From positions 9,803 through 73,802 of the forward strand of contig JAAYEC010000045.1 in the NCBI GenBank assembly GCA_012728915.1: a stretch of DNA of 64,000 nt, given 5' to 3'. The notes under the pieces are model-generated. The model saw nothing but the letters and a program-made list of their open reading frames with translations, was not told the origin of the DNA and searched no databases. Position numbers and translations under genes: made by a program. The stretch is from Deltaproteobacteria bacterium (GTDB lineage: Bacteria > Desulfobacterota > Syntrophia > Syntrophales > UBA2192). Shown here one piece after another: positions 1-9,443 of this stretch; position 1 is the stretch's first letter, and each line of letters starts with the position of its first letter.

Positions 1-1545
1 GTCGATGCCAGCGAGGGGCCCCTGCCCCAGACCCGTTTTGTGCTGAAAAAGGCCCTGGGGAAGTCGCTTCCCGTGATCCTCGTCATCAACAAGATCGACC
101 GGGGCGACGCCCGCATCGAGGCGGTCCTCGGCGAGGTCTACGACCTCTTCATCGATCTCGATGCCGGCGAGGAGCAGATCGAGTTCCCCGTCCTGTACAC
201 GAACGCCAAGAAGGGCGTGGCCCACGTCAAGCCGGGCGACGACTCCACGGACCTGCGGCCGCTCTTCGAGACGATTCTTGCCCGGATCCCCGGGCCCGAG
301 GGCGACGATGCCGGCGTGCCGCAGTTTCTCGTGACGAACCTCGACTACGATTCCTACGTGGGCCAGATCGGCATCGGCCGCATGATGAGCGGAAGCCTCG
401 AAATGAACCGGCCCTACACCCTCTGCGGCCAGGACCGCCATGTTCCGGGGGTTCGTTTCTCCGCCCTGTACTCCTTTCACGGGCTGAGCAAGAAGCAGAC
501 CGACCGGGTCGAGGCGGGTGATATCGCCGCCGTGGCCGGCGTGGAGGAGATCAGCATCGGGGATACGATCACGGACCTCGAGAACCCGCAGCCCCTGCCG
601 CGCATCCGCGTCGACGAGCCGACGGTCTCCATGGTCTTCTACGTGAACAACGGTCCCTTCGCGGGCCGCGAGGGGAAGTACCTCACCTCGCGCCACCTCA
701 AGGACCGCCTCGAGCGGGAGGCCCTGCGCAACATCGCCATCCGGGTGAACTCCGTTTCCGGACGGACGGACGCCTTCGAGGTGTGCGGCCGCGGCGAGCT
801 GCAGATGGCCGTCCTCATCGAGACCCTGCGCCGGGAGGGCCACGAGTTCATGGTCTCCCGCCCCACGGCGCTCACGAAGCGGGAAAACGGCAAGCTCCTC
901 GAGCCCGTGGAGAGGGTGTTCCTGGATGTTCCGGAGGAGTTCACCGGGGTCGTGACGGAAAAGATCTCGTCGCGCAAGGGGCGGATGATGAACCTCGTCA
1001 ACCACGGCAGCGGCCGCGCCTACCTCGAGTTCCTGGTCCCCGCCCGGGGGCTCATCGGTTTCAGAAGCCACTTCCTGACCGACACGAAGGGCTCGGGCGT
1101 CATGAACACGCTCTTCGAGGGCTACGACGCATGGGCCGGCCCCATCCCCCAGCGGGCCAGCGGAACGCTGGTCGCGGACCGCGTGGGCCGGGTGACAGCC
1201 TATGCGAGCCTGGGCATGGCCGACCGGGGCGAGCTCTTCGTCGAGGTCGGCACCGAGGTCTACGGCGGCATGGTCGTCGGGGAGCGCAACCGCACGGGGG
1301 ATCTCGACGTGAACATCGTCAAGGAAAAAAAGCTCTCCAACGTCCGCAGCTCCACGGCCGAGGCGACGGTCAACCTGCGGCCGCCGCGGCGTCTGTCGCT
1401 CGATCAGTCCATCGAGTTCATCGCCGAGGACGAACTCGTCGAGGTGACGCCGGAGAGCATCCGCCTGCGCAAGATGGAGCTCGATGCCGGCAAGCGCCTC
1501 TCCCTCAAGCGCAGGGAAGGACGCATGGCCGAATCGGATTCCTAA
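1..1545 (+). CDS. typA: Translational GTPase TypA/BipA (5' end outside window)
   Basis: Frame 1 is open from base 1 ([19 protein letters not shown]..) to TAA at 1543-1545. It has the NKID G4 motif and EF-G/LepA-like domains with a BipA-type C-terminal region. Confidence 0.9.
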   Translation, partial: VDASEGPLPQTRFVLKKALGKSLPVILVINKIDRGDARIEAVLGEVYDLFIDLDAGEEQIEFPVLYTNAKKGVAHVKPGDDSTDLRPLFETILARIPGPEGDDAGVPQFLVTNLDYDSYVGQIGIGRMMSGSLEMNRPYTLCGQDRHVPGVRFSALYSFHGLSKKQTDRVEAGDIAAVAGVEEISIGDTITDLENPQPLPRIRVDEPTVSMVFYVNNGPFAGREGKYLTSRHLKDRLEREALRNIAIRVNSVSGRTDAFEVCGRGELQMAVLIETLRREGHEFMVSRPTALTKRENGKLLEPVERVFLDVPEEFTGVVTEKISSRKGRMMNLVNHGSGRAYLEFLVPARGLIGFRSHFLTDTKGSGVMNTLFEGYDAWAGPIPQRASGTLVADRVGRVTAYASLGMADRGELFVEVGTEVYGGMVVGERNRTGDLDVNIVKEKKLSNVRSSTAEATVNLRPPRRLSLDQSIEFIAEDELVEVTPESIRLRKMELDAGKRLSLKRREGRMAESDS

Positions 1546-1614
1546 TCAGAAGGGAAGAGGGTTTGAGAACACCCGGTCAGGAACCGGACAACTTTGAAAG
1601 GTCAGTCACAGCGC

Positions 1615-2664
1615 ATGTTCATCTCCATCATCGGCACGCCGCAGTCCGGGAAAACGACGCTCTTCAACGCCCTGAAGGGCTCAGCCGGCAACGGGAACGG
1701 CAGTCCCTCCGTCCGCATCGAGGTACCCGACGGGCGGATCGACGCTCTGGCGAAGATCTTCACCCCCCGCAAGACGACCTACTCGCGCCTCGACGTGGCC
1801 GACACGGCGGCCATCCGCGAGGGCGAGCTCAAAGCCGAGACGCTCGATGCCAAGTCCCTCCAGCAAATCCGGCAGAGCGACGCCGTGCTGCTGGTGCTCC
1901 GGCACTTCGACAACGGACACGCGGCCGACCCCGCCGGCGACTTCCGGCGCATCCAGGGGGAGTTCATCCTGGCCGACATGGTTCAGACCGAAGGGCGTCT
2001 CGAGCGGCTGCGCAAACAGAACGCCCTCAAGCCCCAGCCGGCCCTGCAGCAGGAACAGGCCCTGCTCGAACAGTGCCTCGCCCATCTCGAGGCGGGCTCC
2101 CCCCTGGCGACCCTGGCCCTGTCCAGCGAGGGCGACAAGAAGATCCGCGGGTTCCTGTTCCTCTCGCGCAAGCCCATGATGGCCGTCGTCAGCTGCGTTG
2201 AGGAACAGATCTCCGAGGTGGAGACGATCGCCTCGCAGCTCCGGGAACGCCTCCCGAGACATATCCCCGTGGTGGCCGCCTGCGGGCAGCTCGAGGCGGA
2301 ACTGGCCGCCATGGCGCCCGAAGAGCAATCCGCCTTCATGGCCGGGTATGGCATCTCCGAGTCGCTGCGCGGCCGGATCATCCGGCTCGCCTACGACACG
2401 CTGGGGCTCATCTCCTTCCTGACGGTGGGGGAGGACGAGTGCCGGGCCTGGCCCATCCGCAGGGGCATGAGCGCCCAGGAGGCGGCCGCGACGATCCACA
2501 CGGAGCTTGCCCGGACGTTTATCCGGGCGGAAACCGTCTCCTACGATGACTTCATGCGCCTGGGCGGTTTTGCGGGATGCAAGAAGGCGGGCCTGTGGCG
2601 CCTGGAAGGGAAAAGCTACATCGTGCAGGACGGGGACATCCTGTCGATCCGGGCAGGCGGTTGA
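1615..2664 (+). CDS. ychF: YchF-like ribosome-binding ATPase/GTPase
   Basis: Track ORF 1594-2664 begins at TTG. The ATG at 1615 gives MFISIIGTPQSGKTTLFNAL (P-loop). The C-terminal YchF/DUF933 TGS-like end is ..GKSYIVQDGDILSIRAGG. Confidence 0.8.
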   Translation: MFISIIGTPQSGKTTLFNALKGSAGNGNGSPSVRIEVPDGRIDALAKIFTPRKTTYSRLDVADTAAIREGELKAETLDAKSLQQIRQSDAVLLVLRHFDNGHAADPAGDFRRIQGEFILADMVQTEGRLERLRKQNALKPQPALQQEQALLEQCLAHLEAGSPLATLALSSEGDKKIRGFLFLSRKPMMAVVSCVEEQISEVETIASQLRERLPRHIPVVAACGQLEAELAAMAPEEQSAFMAGYGISESLRGRIIRLAYDTLGLISFLTVGEDECRAWPIRRGMSAQEAAATIHTELARTFIRAETVSYDDFMRLGGFAGCKKAGLWRLEGKSYIVQDGDILSIRAGG

Positions 2665-2708
2665 GGCGGCAGGGCGCGGCCGCGGTCCGCCCGCCGGCGC
2701 CTGCCGCG
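2665..2708. terminator. GC-rich inverted repeat between convergent ychF and the TRAP binding-protein gene
   Basis: GGCGGCAGGGCGC ... GCGCCTGCCGC forms an ~11-bp stem with one bulge. No U-tract on either strand, so terminator function is uncertain. Confidence 0.3.
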
Positions 2709-2712
2709 GACA

Positions 2713-3720
2713 TCAACGGGACTCGAGGATCGCGTCGATCCTGTCTTTGCCGAATTGCGCGGCAGCCTGGCCGATCACCGGCTGCATGGCGCTCCTCCAG
2801 GCCGCCTTGTCGATGTTGCGCTCCACCTTCATCCCCTTCTCGGCGAGCTCGGCAACCTGCTTCTCCTCCATATCCCTCCCCAGCTTGCGCTGGTACAGGG
2901 CGACCTCCCGGGCCGTCTTGCGCAGCATCTCCTGGTCCTGCGCGGGCATGGTCTGCCACTTCTTCAGGCTCACGATGAGGACGGCCGGGGAATAGACGTG
3001 CTGGGTGAGGGACAGGTATTGCTGGACCTCGTTGATCCTTGCCGCATGGATCACGGCGACCGGGTTCTCCTGTCCGTCGATGACCTTCTGCTGAAGGGCC
3101 ATGTACACCTCCCCCCACGCCATGGGCACGGGGTTTGCGCCCACCGCCTGCCAGGCCGCCATGTGCACCTTGTTCTCCATCGTGCGGATCTTCAGGCCTC
3201 TGGCGTCGTCAGGGCCCCTGACCGCCCGCCGGGAGTTGGTCAGGTTGCGGAACCCGTTCTCCCAGAACGCGAGGGCCTTGAACTGGGCCTTTTCCAGATC
3301 GTCCAGGAGCTGCTGCCCGACGGGGCCGTCCAGCACCCCGTCGACGTGCCCGTAATCATGGAACAGGAACGGGATGTCCAGGATCCCGATGGACGGGTTG
3401 AACCCGCCGATCGGTCCCGTCGAGCCGACATAGATGTCGATCGTCCCCTGCTGCGCCGATTCGAGCAGCTCCCGCTCGCCCTTGCCGAGCTGGCCGTCGG
3501 GATACACGGTGACCTGGATGCGTCCGTTGCTCCGTTCCTTGACGAGATCCGCAAACCTCGCGGCCGCCTGGTTGTACGTATGACCCATGGGGGTCAGCGA
3601 GGCCAGCTTCAGCTGGGCCCTGAATTCCCCCTTGCCGGCCTTCTCCGCGCCTCCCGTGCACGCGCCCAGGCCCAGCAGCACAAGGCAGGCAAGACCAACG
3701 ATGCCGATGCGTTTCGTCAT
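2713..3720 (-). CDS. TRAP transporter solute-binding protein, DctP family (orphan)
   Basis: Track ORF 2713-3798. The ATG at 3720 gives a lipoprotein-type signal, MTKRIGIVGLACLVLLGLGAC. The body is DctP-like (..VTVYPDGQLGKGE.., ..FWENGFRNLTN..). Confidence 0.8.
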   Translation of the reverse strand: MTKRIGIVGLACLVLLGLGACTGGAEKAGKGEFRAQLKLASLTPMGHTYNQAAARFADLVKERSNGRIQVTVYPDGQLGKGERELLESAQQGTIDIYVGSTGPIGGFNPSIGILDIPFLFHDYGHVDGVLDGPVGQQLLDDLEKAQFKALAFWENGFRNLTNSRRAVRGPDDARGLKIRTMENKVHMAAWQAVGANPVPMAWGEVYMALQQKVIDGQENPVAVIHAARINEVQQYLSLTQHVYSPAVLIVSLKKWQTMPAQDQEMLRKTAREVALYQRKLGRDMEEKQVAELAEKGMKVERNIDKAAWRSAMQPVIGQAAAQFGKDRIDAILESR

Positions 3721-3847
3721 GGCAGTCACCCCGTCGATCACGATGTGGCATGGTACAACGTTGCGGACCGAATACAACATCTTTATCCTCCCCTTCACCG
3801 CCTCGCTTTTCGCGAGGCGCTTCCGGTCAAAAGATCCGCCGGGAGGC

Positions 3848-5221
3848 CTACGGCTGCCGCCCGCCCGTCTCCTGGAGAGCCAGGGTCCTCGATTCGGCAG
3901 GCCCGACGATCGCCCCGTCGATTTCCAGGTCGACCTTGAGGCGTTTCACGGCGGCCAGGGCCGCCTTCCGGTCCGCGTAAGGGCCGGCCAGGACGTGATA
4001 CCGGTTGCCCTTCTGCACCACCCGGGCCGGAATCTGGGGCCCCTGGTGGTTGAGAACGGCGGCCATCCTCTTCGCGTTGTCTTCGCCGATGGTCTCGTCG
4101 GCGCGGACATACCAGGCCCCCGCCTTCATCGGCGGGACGAGGGGCTGGCCGTTCAGTCGGGCAGGCCGCGGAAGATCCTCGGCGGCGACGATCATGGCCT
4201 CGAGCCCTCCGCCGCCTTCCAGGACCGGGACGGGGATGCCCCGCGCCTGCGTGACGGTCTCCTCCACGCGTTTCCAGTCCAGGCGCCGCGTCTCCCTCCG
4301 TTCCATGTCCCTTAGCCGGGCATAGAGCTTCTTCTTCACATCCGCGGCGTCCAGCTCCTCCTGCGGGGCGTGAGCCTCCAGGTAGAGCATGCCTCCCGCG
4401 CGCCCGACAAGGTAGGGCTGATTCACGATGTGAACGGGCGTCTTGACCGGCACGGCCCGGTACAGCTTCTCCACGTCTTCCGGGTAGAGCCGGATGCAGC
4501 CGTTGGTCGCCCGCATGCCGATGCTGAAAGGCTTGTTGGTCCCGTGGATCACGTAACTCGGCCGGCTCAGGTACAGCGCATACTCGCCCAGGGGGTTGTC
4601 CGGGCCCGGCGGCACCTCTGACGGCAGCGGGTCGCCCCTCTGCGCATGGTCCCTGCGGATCGAGGCGGGCACGTACCAGGTCGGCCGGACGGCCTTTCGC
4701 TCGATCCACATCCCGCCCATGGGTGTCGAACGGCCTTCCTCCCCGATCCCGACGGGATAGGTGACGACCGGCCGGTTCCTGCCTGTGAAGTGAAACAGCC
4801 TCATGGCCGCCAGATTGATGACGATGCCCTGCCGTGGAGCGTCGGGAAGGATGAACATCCGCGGCAGCAGGACGCGGCTGCCGGCGGGGGGTGCCCAGAC
4901 ATCCGCCCCCGGGTTGGCCTCTTTCACGGCGTCGTGGCCGAGGCCGAAGTGCCGCGCGATGTCCGGCAGCGAATCCCCTTCCCGGACACGGACCGCGGCC
5001 AGCCGGCCGATGAGCTGCTCGCTTGCCGGCGCGGCTGCGGCGGGCTGCTCGACCCGTTTCTCCACCGGGCCCTCCGCGGGGCGAAGGAGCCGCATCTTCG
5101 GGGGAGCGGCGCAGGCCTGGAGGACCAGGGCGAGGGCGGCGAGGGCCGCAAGAAACGTCCAGTTCGTTGCACGGGCAGACATAAAACCTGTCTTCGATTC
5201 CTTTCTTGTCCGGGGCGGCAT
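3848..5221 (-). CDS. L,D-transpeptidase (YkuD) with LysM-like and C-terminal SPOR-like domains
   Basis: Signal/lipobox ..LALVLQAC; LysM-like VREGDSLPDIARHFGLGHDAVKEANP; YkuD core ..YVIHGTNKPFSIGMRATNGCIRLYPEDV..; SPOR-like tail ..RYHVLAGPYADRKAALAAVKRLK. An alternative ATG lies at 5182. Confidence 0.8.
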   Translation of the reverse strand: MPPRTRKESKTGFMSARATNWTFLAALAALALVLQACAAPPKMRLLRPAEGPVEKRVEQPAAAAPASEQLIGRLAAVRVREGDSLPDIARHFGLGHDAVKEANPGADVWAPPAGSRVLLPRMFILPDAPRQGIVINLAAMRLFHFTGRNRPVVTYPVGIGEEGRSTPMGGMWIERKAVRPTWYVPASIRRDHAQRGDPLPSEVPPGPDNPLGEYALYLSRPSYVIHGTNKPFSIGMRATNGCIRLYPEDVEKLYRAVPVKTPVHIVNQPYLVGRAGGMLYLEAHAPQEELDAADVKKKLYARLRDMERRETRRLDWKRVEETVTQARGIPVPVLEGGGGLEAMIVAAEDLPRPARLNGQPLVPPMKAGAWYVRADETIGEDNAKRMAAVLNHQGPQIPARVVQKGNRYHVLAGPYADRKAALAAVKRLKVDLEIDGAIVGPAESRTLALQETGGRQP

Positions 5222-5268
5222 CCGCCTGCCGTCGGATCACGCCGTCCTGGAGCGACCCGGACAGCCGG

Positions 5269-5781
5269 TCACTCCTTTTCCACCGTAAAGCGCCACTTGC
5301 AGAAATTTTCCGGCGGGTGCGGGTCGGGCGGCGCATAGAGGCATTCCACGCGGATCCGCTCGTCGATGACGCGGGCGAAGTTGGCAAACTCCCCCCGGTG
5401 CATCTCCTTGCAGGAGAACTCCGGCAGGCCCCGGGCGACACGTGCGACCTGGGGCGCGCAGCGGGGCACGGTGAGGATGACCTCGTCCGGATGCTCCTCG
5501 ATCTCGTAGCCGATGATGATCGTCCAGGGAAAATAGCGAAGGGCCTGCACGAAGCCCGAAAGCCCCTTCCCGATCCCAAAGCGCTTCACGAAATCGCGGG
5601 CCGCGAGCTCGGCGGCCTTGTGCCAGACGCGCTCGTTGATGCCCTCGGCGGCCGCCTGGTCGAACCGTTCCTGCACGAAGAGAAACCAGAACCCGTCGAT
5701 GACGCGGTAGTGCCAGAGCAAGAACTCCACGTAGGAGCGCAGCTCGGCGGGGCCCATCCGGTCGAGTAGCTTCACGTCCAT
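5269..5781 (-). CDS. Hypothetical cytoplasmic protein, ATC-hydrolase-like/DUF6125-like (tentative)
   Basis: 170-aa ORF with an ATG start 6 nt downstream of the thioesterase stop. The Cys pattern ..PRCAPQV..FSCKEM..NFCKWRF resembles that small-protein family; this is recalled from memory, not searched. Confidence 0.6.
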   Translation of the reverse strand: MDVKLLDRMGPAELRSYVEFLLWHYRVIDGFWFLFVQERFDQAAAEGINERVWHKAAELAARDFVKRFGIGKGLSGFVQALRYFPWTIIIGYEIEEHPDEVILTVPRCAPQVARVARGLPEFSCKEMHRGEFANFARVIDERIRVECLYAPPDPHPPENFCKWRFTVEKE

Positions 5782-5787
5782 CCCGTT

Positions 5788-6207
5788 TCACCTCAACTTC
5801 CCGGCCTGCTCCTGCAGGGCGATGTCCTCCGGGTCTGTCGCCTCGATGACGATGCCGTGGGGGACCGGCACGCCCTGCCGGTCGACGTGGATGAAGCTGA
5901 TGAACCCGTCGAGGAGAAACTCCTCGTCGCGGTTTCCCAGCACCTTCACGTAGGCGACAAGGCGCGTCCTTCCGGCCAGGACGACCTTGCTCTCGAACCG
6001 CACTACGTGTCCGTTTGCAATGGGTTTCTTGAACAGCATGCCGTGAATGTTGAGGCATACGATGTTTTCCGGGTGCGTGATGCCCGCCACGGCGATGAAC
6101 CCCGACTCGACGAACCACATGGCGGTCTTGCCCGCAAAGAGGGTGCCGTGGTGGTTCAGGTCCTCGCTCTTCACGAGCCTGCAGATGCTATGCGTGCGCA
6201 GTTTCAT
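5788..6207 (-). CDS. Hotdog-fold acyl-CoA thioesterase
   Basis: 139 aa; ..LVKSEDLNHHGTLFAGKTAMWFVESGFIAVAG.. is typical of acyl-CoA hydrolases. It starts 4 nt after the upstream gene's stop. Confidence 0.8.
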   Translation of the reverse strand: MKLRTHSICRLVKSEDLNHHGTLFAGKTAMWFVESGFIAVAGITHPENIVCLNIHGMLFKKPIANGHVVRFESKVVLAGRTRLVAYVKVLGNRDEEFLLDGFISFIHVDRQGVPVPHGIVIEATDPEDIALQEQAGKLR

Positions 6208-6211
6208 GGTC

Positions 6212-7174
6212 TCACTCCCTGGTTTTCAGCTTGCCGCAGAAAGCGAGGCTGCGGCTTCGCTGCAGGTCCCCCGGGGTCACGAAGTCCGCCGCCGCCTCGA
6301 AGAGCGCGTCCATCGCCGCCGCGCGGGGCAGCGGCCCCTCCCCCGGCAGGGTCCGGGCCCTGAAGAGGGCCCCGGAGAACCGCACGAGGGACGGTTCCAG
6401 CCCCGACAATTCAAGATCGATCCGGGCCGCGCGGGGCGGGCGCTTTTGCACATCATCCAGATAGTCCCGGATGGCTTCGTCCACGGCGGAGGCATCGGCC
6501 GGGCGGGACATGCCCGCCAGCGCGGGCAGGTCGACGACCCCTTCCGCGGGCGCCCCGCCCCGGCTGTCGATCAATGCCGCGAGGGTGCTGCCGCGCCGGA
6601 TGCCGTGCATCTTGCCGACGTCCGCAGCCCGGCCTCCCGGGGCCCGCTCCGGGACGTCGAGCGATCCCGGGAGGCCTTCCCGGTAACACCGGCAGACGAA
6701 CTCGGAACAGATCATGGGCTCCCGCCCCGTGCGGACGAGCTGCAGGAGAAATTCCGCCGCCGCGTCGAGCGTCACGCGCAGGAACCGCCCGAGAGCCGAC
6801 GAGCCCGCCAGGCTCCGGGTGATGCACAAAAAAGCCAGCAGCAGGATCTGCTCGAAGGCGTACCGCTCGCCGCGCTCCAGGTAGCAGGCCGCCCGTTCCA
6901 GCACGGGCTCGAGTGTCGCCGGCGGGGCCTTGAGCCTCCGCGATTCGACCCACTCGGCGTGTTCGGTGCTCTTCGGCAGCTCCCGGCGCACGACCCCTTC
7001 TCGGATGGCCTCACCGACGGTGCGGCCCATCTCCCCGTGACGGCCGAGGAAGACCGCCGAATGGCTCACCTGCGAGCGGTCGATGAACCGGATGGCGTCG
7101 CTCACCAGGCCCACGCCGCGGTACAGCAGGATGTCGCCGGGCATCAGCTTTGCGGGCGGGATGGCTCTCTTCAT
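6212..7174 (-). CDS. Permuted papain-like (NlpC/P60 superfamily, YiiX/C92-like) putative hydrolase
   Basis: The in-frame ATG at 7174 follows GGAGGGGAAGGA. PGDILLYRG..SHSAVFLG (His) precedes ..MICSEFVCRCY (Cys), which is the permuted catalytic order. 320 aa; the upstream half of the 641-aa track ORF is rejected. Confidence 0.6.
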   Translation of the reverse strand: MKRAIPPAKLMPGDILLYRGVGLVSDAIRFIDRSQVSHSAVFLGRHGEMGRTVGEAIREGVVRRELPKSTEHAEWVESRRLKAPPATLEPVLERAACYLERGERYAFEQILLLAFLCITRSLAGSSALGRFLRVTLDAAAEFLLQLVRTGREPMICSEFVCRCYREGLPGSLDVPERAPGGRAADVGKMHGIRRGSTLAALIDSRGGAPAEGVVDLPALAGMSRPADASAVDEAIRDYLDDVQKRPPRAARIDLELSGLEPSLVRFSGALFRARTLPGEGPLPRAAAMDALFEAAADFVTPGDLQRSRSLAFCGKLKTRE

Positions 7175-7254
7175 CCGTGGTTCCTTCCCCTCCCCCCGCT
7201 TCTCCGGCCGCACAGGGCCGCACCCGCGCGAGGGGACGGCCGGGTGACATCCTA

Positions 7255-8115
7255 TCAATTTTGCGCGAGGAGGACAATGCCGATCACCATGAGCGCCGCG
7301 GCCGCCACCCGCCTCCCGCCCTGCCCCTCGCCGAGAAGCCCCGTGCCCATGGCCACCGCGATGAGCACGCTCACTTCCCGGGCCGGGGCCACGTAGCTGA
7401 CGGGGGTGAACGCCATCGCCGTCAGCACGAGGATGTAGGACAGCGGGGTGAGCAGGGCGACCCAGACGACCTCCTTCCTGGAACAGCTCCAGAGGGCGCG
7501 GATCTCGTCCCGGCGCGTGAGCGCATAGGGGGTCAGGATCAGGGTGCGTCCCAGGTTGGAGCAGTAGTCCACCAGGACGGGCGGAAGCAGCAGCGCGCTG
7601 ACGGAGACCTTGTCCCAGACCGTGTAGCCGGCGATGAGCGCCCCCGTCGCGAGCCCGAAAGCGACGGATCGGCCGGCGCGGTCCCGCCCCAGACCCCGGA
7701 GCCCGCCGGATATGACGAACACCCCCGTGACGACGAGCGCCGCCCCCGCCAGGGCCGGCAGGGTAGGTCGCTCGCCCAGGATCACGATGGCGGCGGCCGT
7801 CGCCAGCGCCGGACCGGAGCCCCTCGCCACGGGGTAGACGACGGAGAGATCCCCGTGCGCGTAGCCCCGCTGGAGCAGCAGGAAATAGACGAGGTGAAGG
7901 ACGGCGCTCCCCGCAAGAAACAGCGATTCGATGCCTCCAACGTGGGGCCTCTGCCAGAGGCAGACCCCTATCGCCACGGGGAGGTAGAAGACGGCGGAGA
8001 GGGCGGCAAAGAGCCAGACGAAGACGGCGCCGCCCCCCGCGCGCTTGGCAAAAAAGTTCCACGAGGCGTGGACAAAGGCGGCCACCAGGACCAGGGCCAG
8101 GGCGAAGCCGTTCAT
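7255..8115 (-). CDS. EamA/DMT-family membrane transporter
   Basis: 286 aa and hydrophobic throughout, with two EamA-like halves. N-terminus MNGFALALVLVAAFVHASWNFFAK. Confidence 0.85.
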   Translation of the reverse strand: MNGFALALVLVAAFVHASWNFFAKRAGGGAVFVWLFAALSAVFYLPVAIGVCLWQRPHVGGIESLFLAGSAVLHLVYFLLLQRGYAHGDLSVVYPVARGSGPALATAAAIVILGERPTLPALAGAALVVTGVFVISGGLRGLGRDRAGRSVAFGLATGALIAGYTVWDKVSVSALLLPPVLVDYCSNLGRTLILTPYALTRRDEIRALWSCSRKEVVWVALLTPLSYILVLTAMAFTPVSYVAPAREVSVLIAVAMGTGLLGEGQGGRRVAAAALMVIGIVLLAQN

Positions 8116-8285
8116 CTTCCCATCCGATCGTGTTCAAGGCGTCATCCGCGCGGCCGGCGCTGGTTCTCGATAACCCGGCCGGAGGCCCGCGTCAATGCTT
8201 TTTCGGGAGAATCTCCCTCGCGGCTTGGCAGCGGCGCTGCGTTGTGCTAGAACGCGTAGGACGGCGCAGGTCAGGTGGAGGCCTT

Positions 8286-9308
8286 TTGAAACCGAAACAC
8301 GGAATCCCCCCGGGGCTGTGGAACGACTGGCGCTGGCAGTTCGGGCATCGGGTGCGCACGGCCGACGAGCTGGCCGGGAGGCTTGCGTTGCGCCGCAGGG
8401 AACGCCGGGAACTGCTGGACGCGGCCCGCGGCAGCCGCACCGCGGTAACCCCGTACTACCTCTCGCTCATGGACGCGGGTGACCCTCGCGACCCCATCCG
8501 CCTGCAGTGCGTCCCCGACATCCGGGAAACCAGGTCCCCGGGCGGCGCCGAGGATCCGCTGGAGGAGCAGGCCCACAGCCCCGTCCCGGGCCTCATCCAC
8601 CGGTTCCGGGACCGGTGCCTCGTCATCGCCACGAACCGCTGCGCCGTCTACTGCCGGCACTGCAACAGAAGACGGCTCTGGCGCGGGCGTGAGGTCTTCC
8701 TCGCGGCGGACGAGCTGGAGACCGTCGCCGGGTACATCGAGCGCCGCCCCGCCCTCCGCGAGGTGATCCTCTCGGGGGGCGACCCGCTGACGCTCTCCGA
8801 CGGACGGCTGAAGGGCATCCTCGCCCGGCTGCGCGCCATCGGACACGTGGAAGTCCTTCGAGTCGGAAGCCGGATGCCCGTCGTCCTGCCCATGCGGATC
8901 ACGGAGCGGCTCTGCGGCATTCTCCGCGCCCACAGGCCGCTGTGGTTCCTCACCCAGTTCAATCACCCCCGGGAAATCACCCCCGAGGCGGCCGCAGCCT
9001 GTGAACGGCTCCTCAGGGCGGGCATCCCCGTCCTGAACCAGTCCGTGCTGCTCAAGGGGGTCAACGACGACTACCGGACGCTGCGCGAGCTCCTCTACGG
9101 CCTCGAGCGGATCTCGGTGAAGCCCTACTACCTCTTCCATTGCGAGGATGTGAAGGGCGGGGCCCACTTCCGGGTGGACGTTCATGACGGGATGCGGCTG
9201 ATGGAAAAACTCTGGAAGACCGCCTCGGGTCTCTGCCTGCCCCGCTACGTGGCCGACATGCCGGGCACGAAAGGGAAAGTCCCCCTGCAGCCCGTCTCTT
9301 TTCTTTGA
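8286..9308 (+). CDS. epmB: EF-P beta-lysylation protein EpmB (lysine 2,3-aminomutase/KamA-family radical SAM)
   Basis: CAVYCRHCNRRR (CxxxCxxC), ..SGGDPL.., ..YYLFHCED... There is no in-frame ATG near the start of the homologous region. TTG at 8286 follows AGGTGGAGG; the track ORF begins at 8130. Confidence 0.8.
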   Translation: MKPKHGIPPGLWNDWRWQFGHRVRTADELAGRLALRRRERRELLDAARGSRTAVTPYYLSLMDAGDPRDPIRLQCVPDIRETRSPGGAEDPLEEQAHSPVPGLIHRFRDRCLVIATNRCAVYCRHCNRRRLWRGREVFLAADELETVAGYIERRPALREVILSGGDPLTLSDGRLKGILARLRAIGHVEVLRVGSRMPVVLPMRITERLCGILRAHRPLWFLTQFNHPREITPEAAAACERLLRAGIPVLNQSVLLKGVNDDYRTLRELLYGLERISVKPYYLFHCEDVKGGAHFRVDVHDGMRLMEKLWKTASGLCLPRYVADMPGTKGKVPLQPVSFL

Positions 9309-9371
9309 TCCGGGAGGGCTTCTCCCGGTGCCGGACCCGACTGCCGGGATCCCGTCTTCGCGCGAAATCTT

Positions 9372-9400
9372 TTGACAATAAACGGAAAATGGTTTAGACA
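9372..9400 (+). promoter_or_regulatory. Candidate sigma70 promoter for efp
   Basis: TTGACA (9372-9377), 17-nt spacer, TAGACA (9395-9400), about 45 nt upstream of the efp ATG. The -10 is weak. Confidence 0.35.
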
Positions 9401-9443
9401 GGTACGTTTTTCAGAGACCGGCAGCCCCCGGGGGAGAACCGAC

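Noticed and set aside
783-2201. The 472-aa plus-strand ORF overlapping typA and ychF, and similar Arg/Pro/Gly-rich ORFs throughout (for example 3795-5579, 6047-7396, 12299-13849, 16782-18395, 20842-23577).
   Set aside because: They are out-of-frame or antisense shadows of well-supported genes, and their composition is typical of GC-rich non-coding frames.
7175-8137. The N-terminal 321 codons of the 641-aa track ORF 6212-8137.
   Set aside because: This part overlaps the EamA transporter gene in another frame and is Arg/Gly/Pro-rich. A proper RBS and ATG exist at 7174, where the papain-like homology begins.
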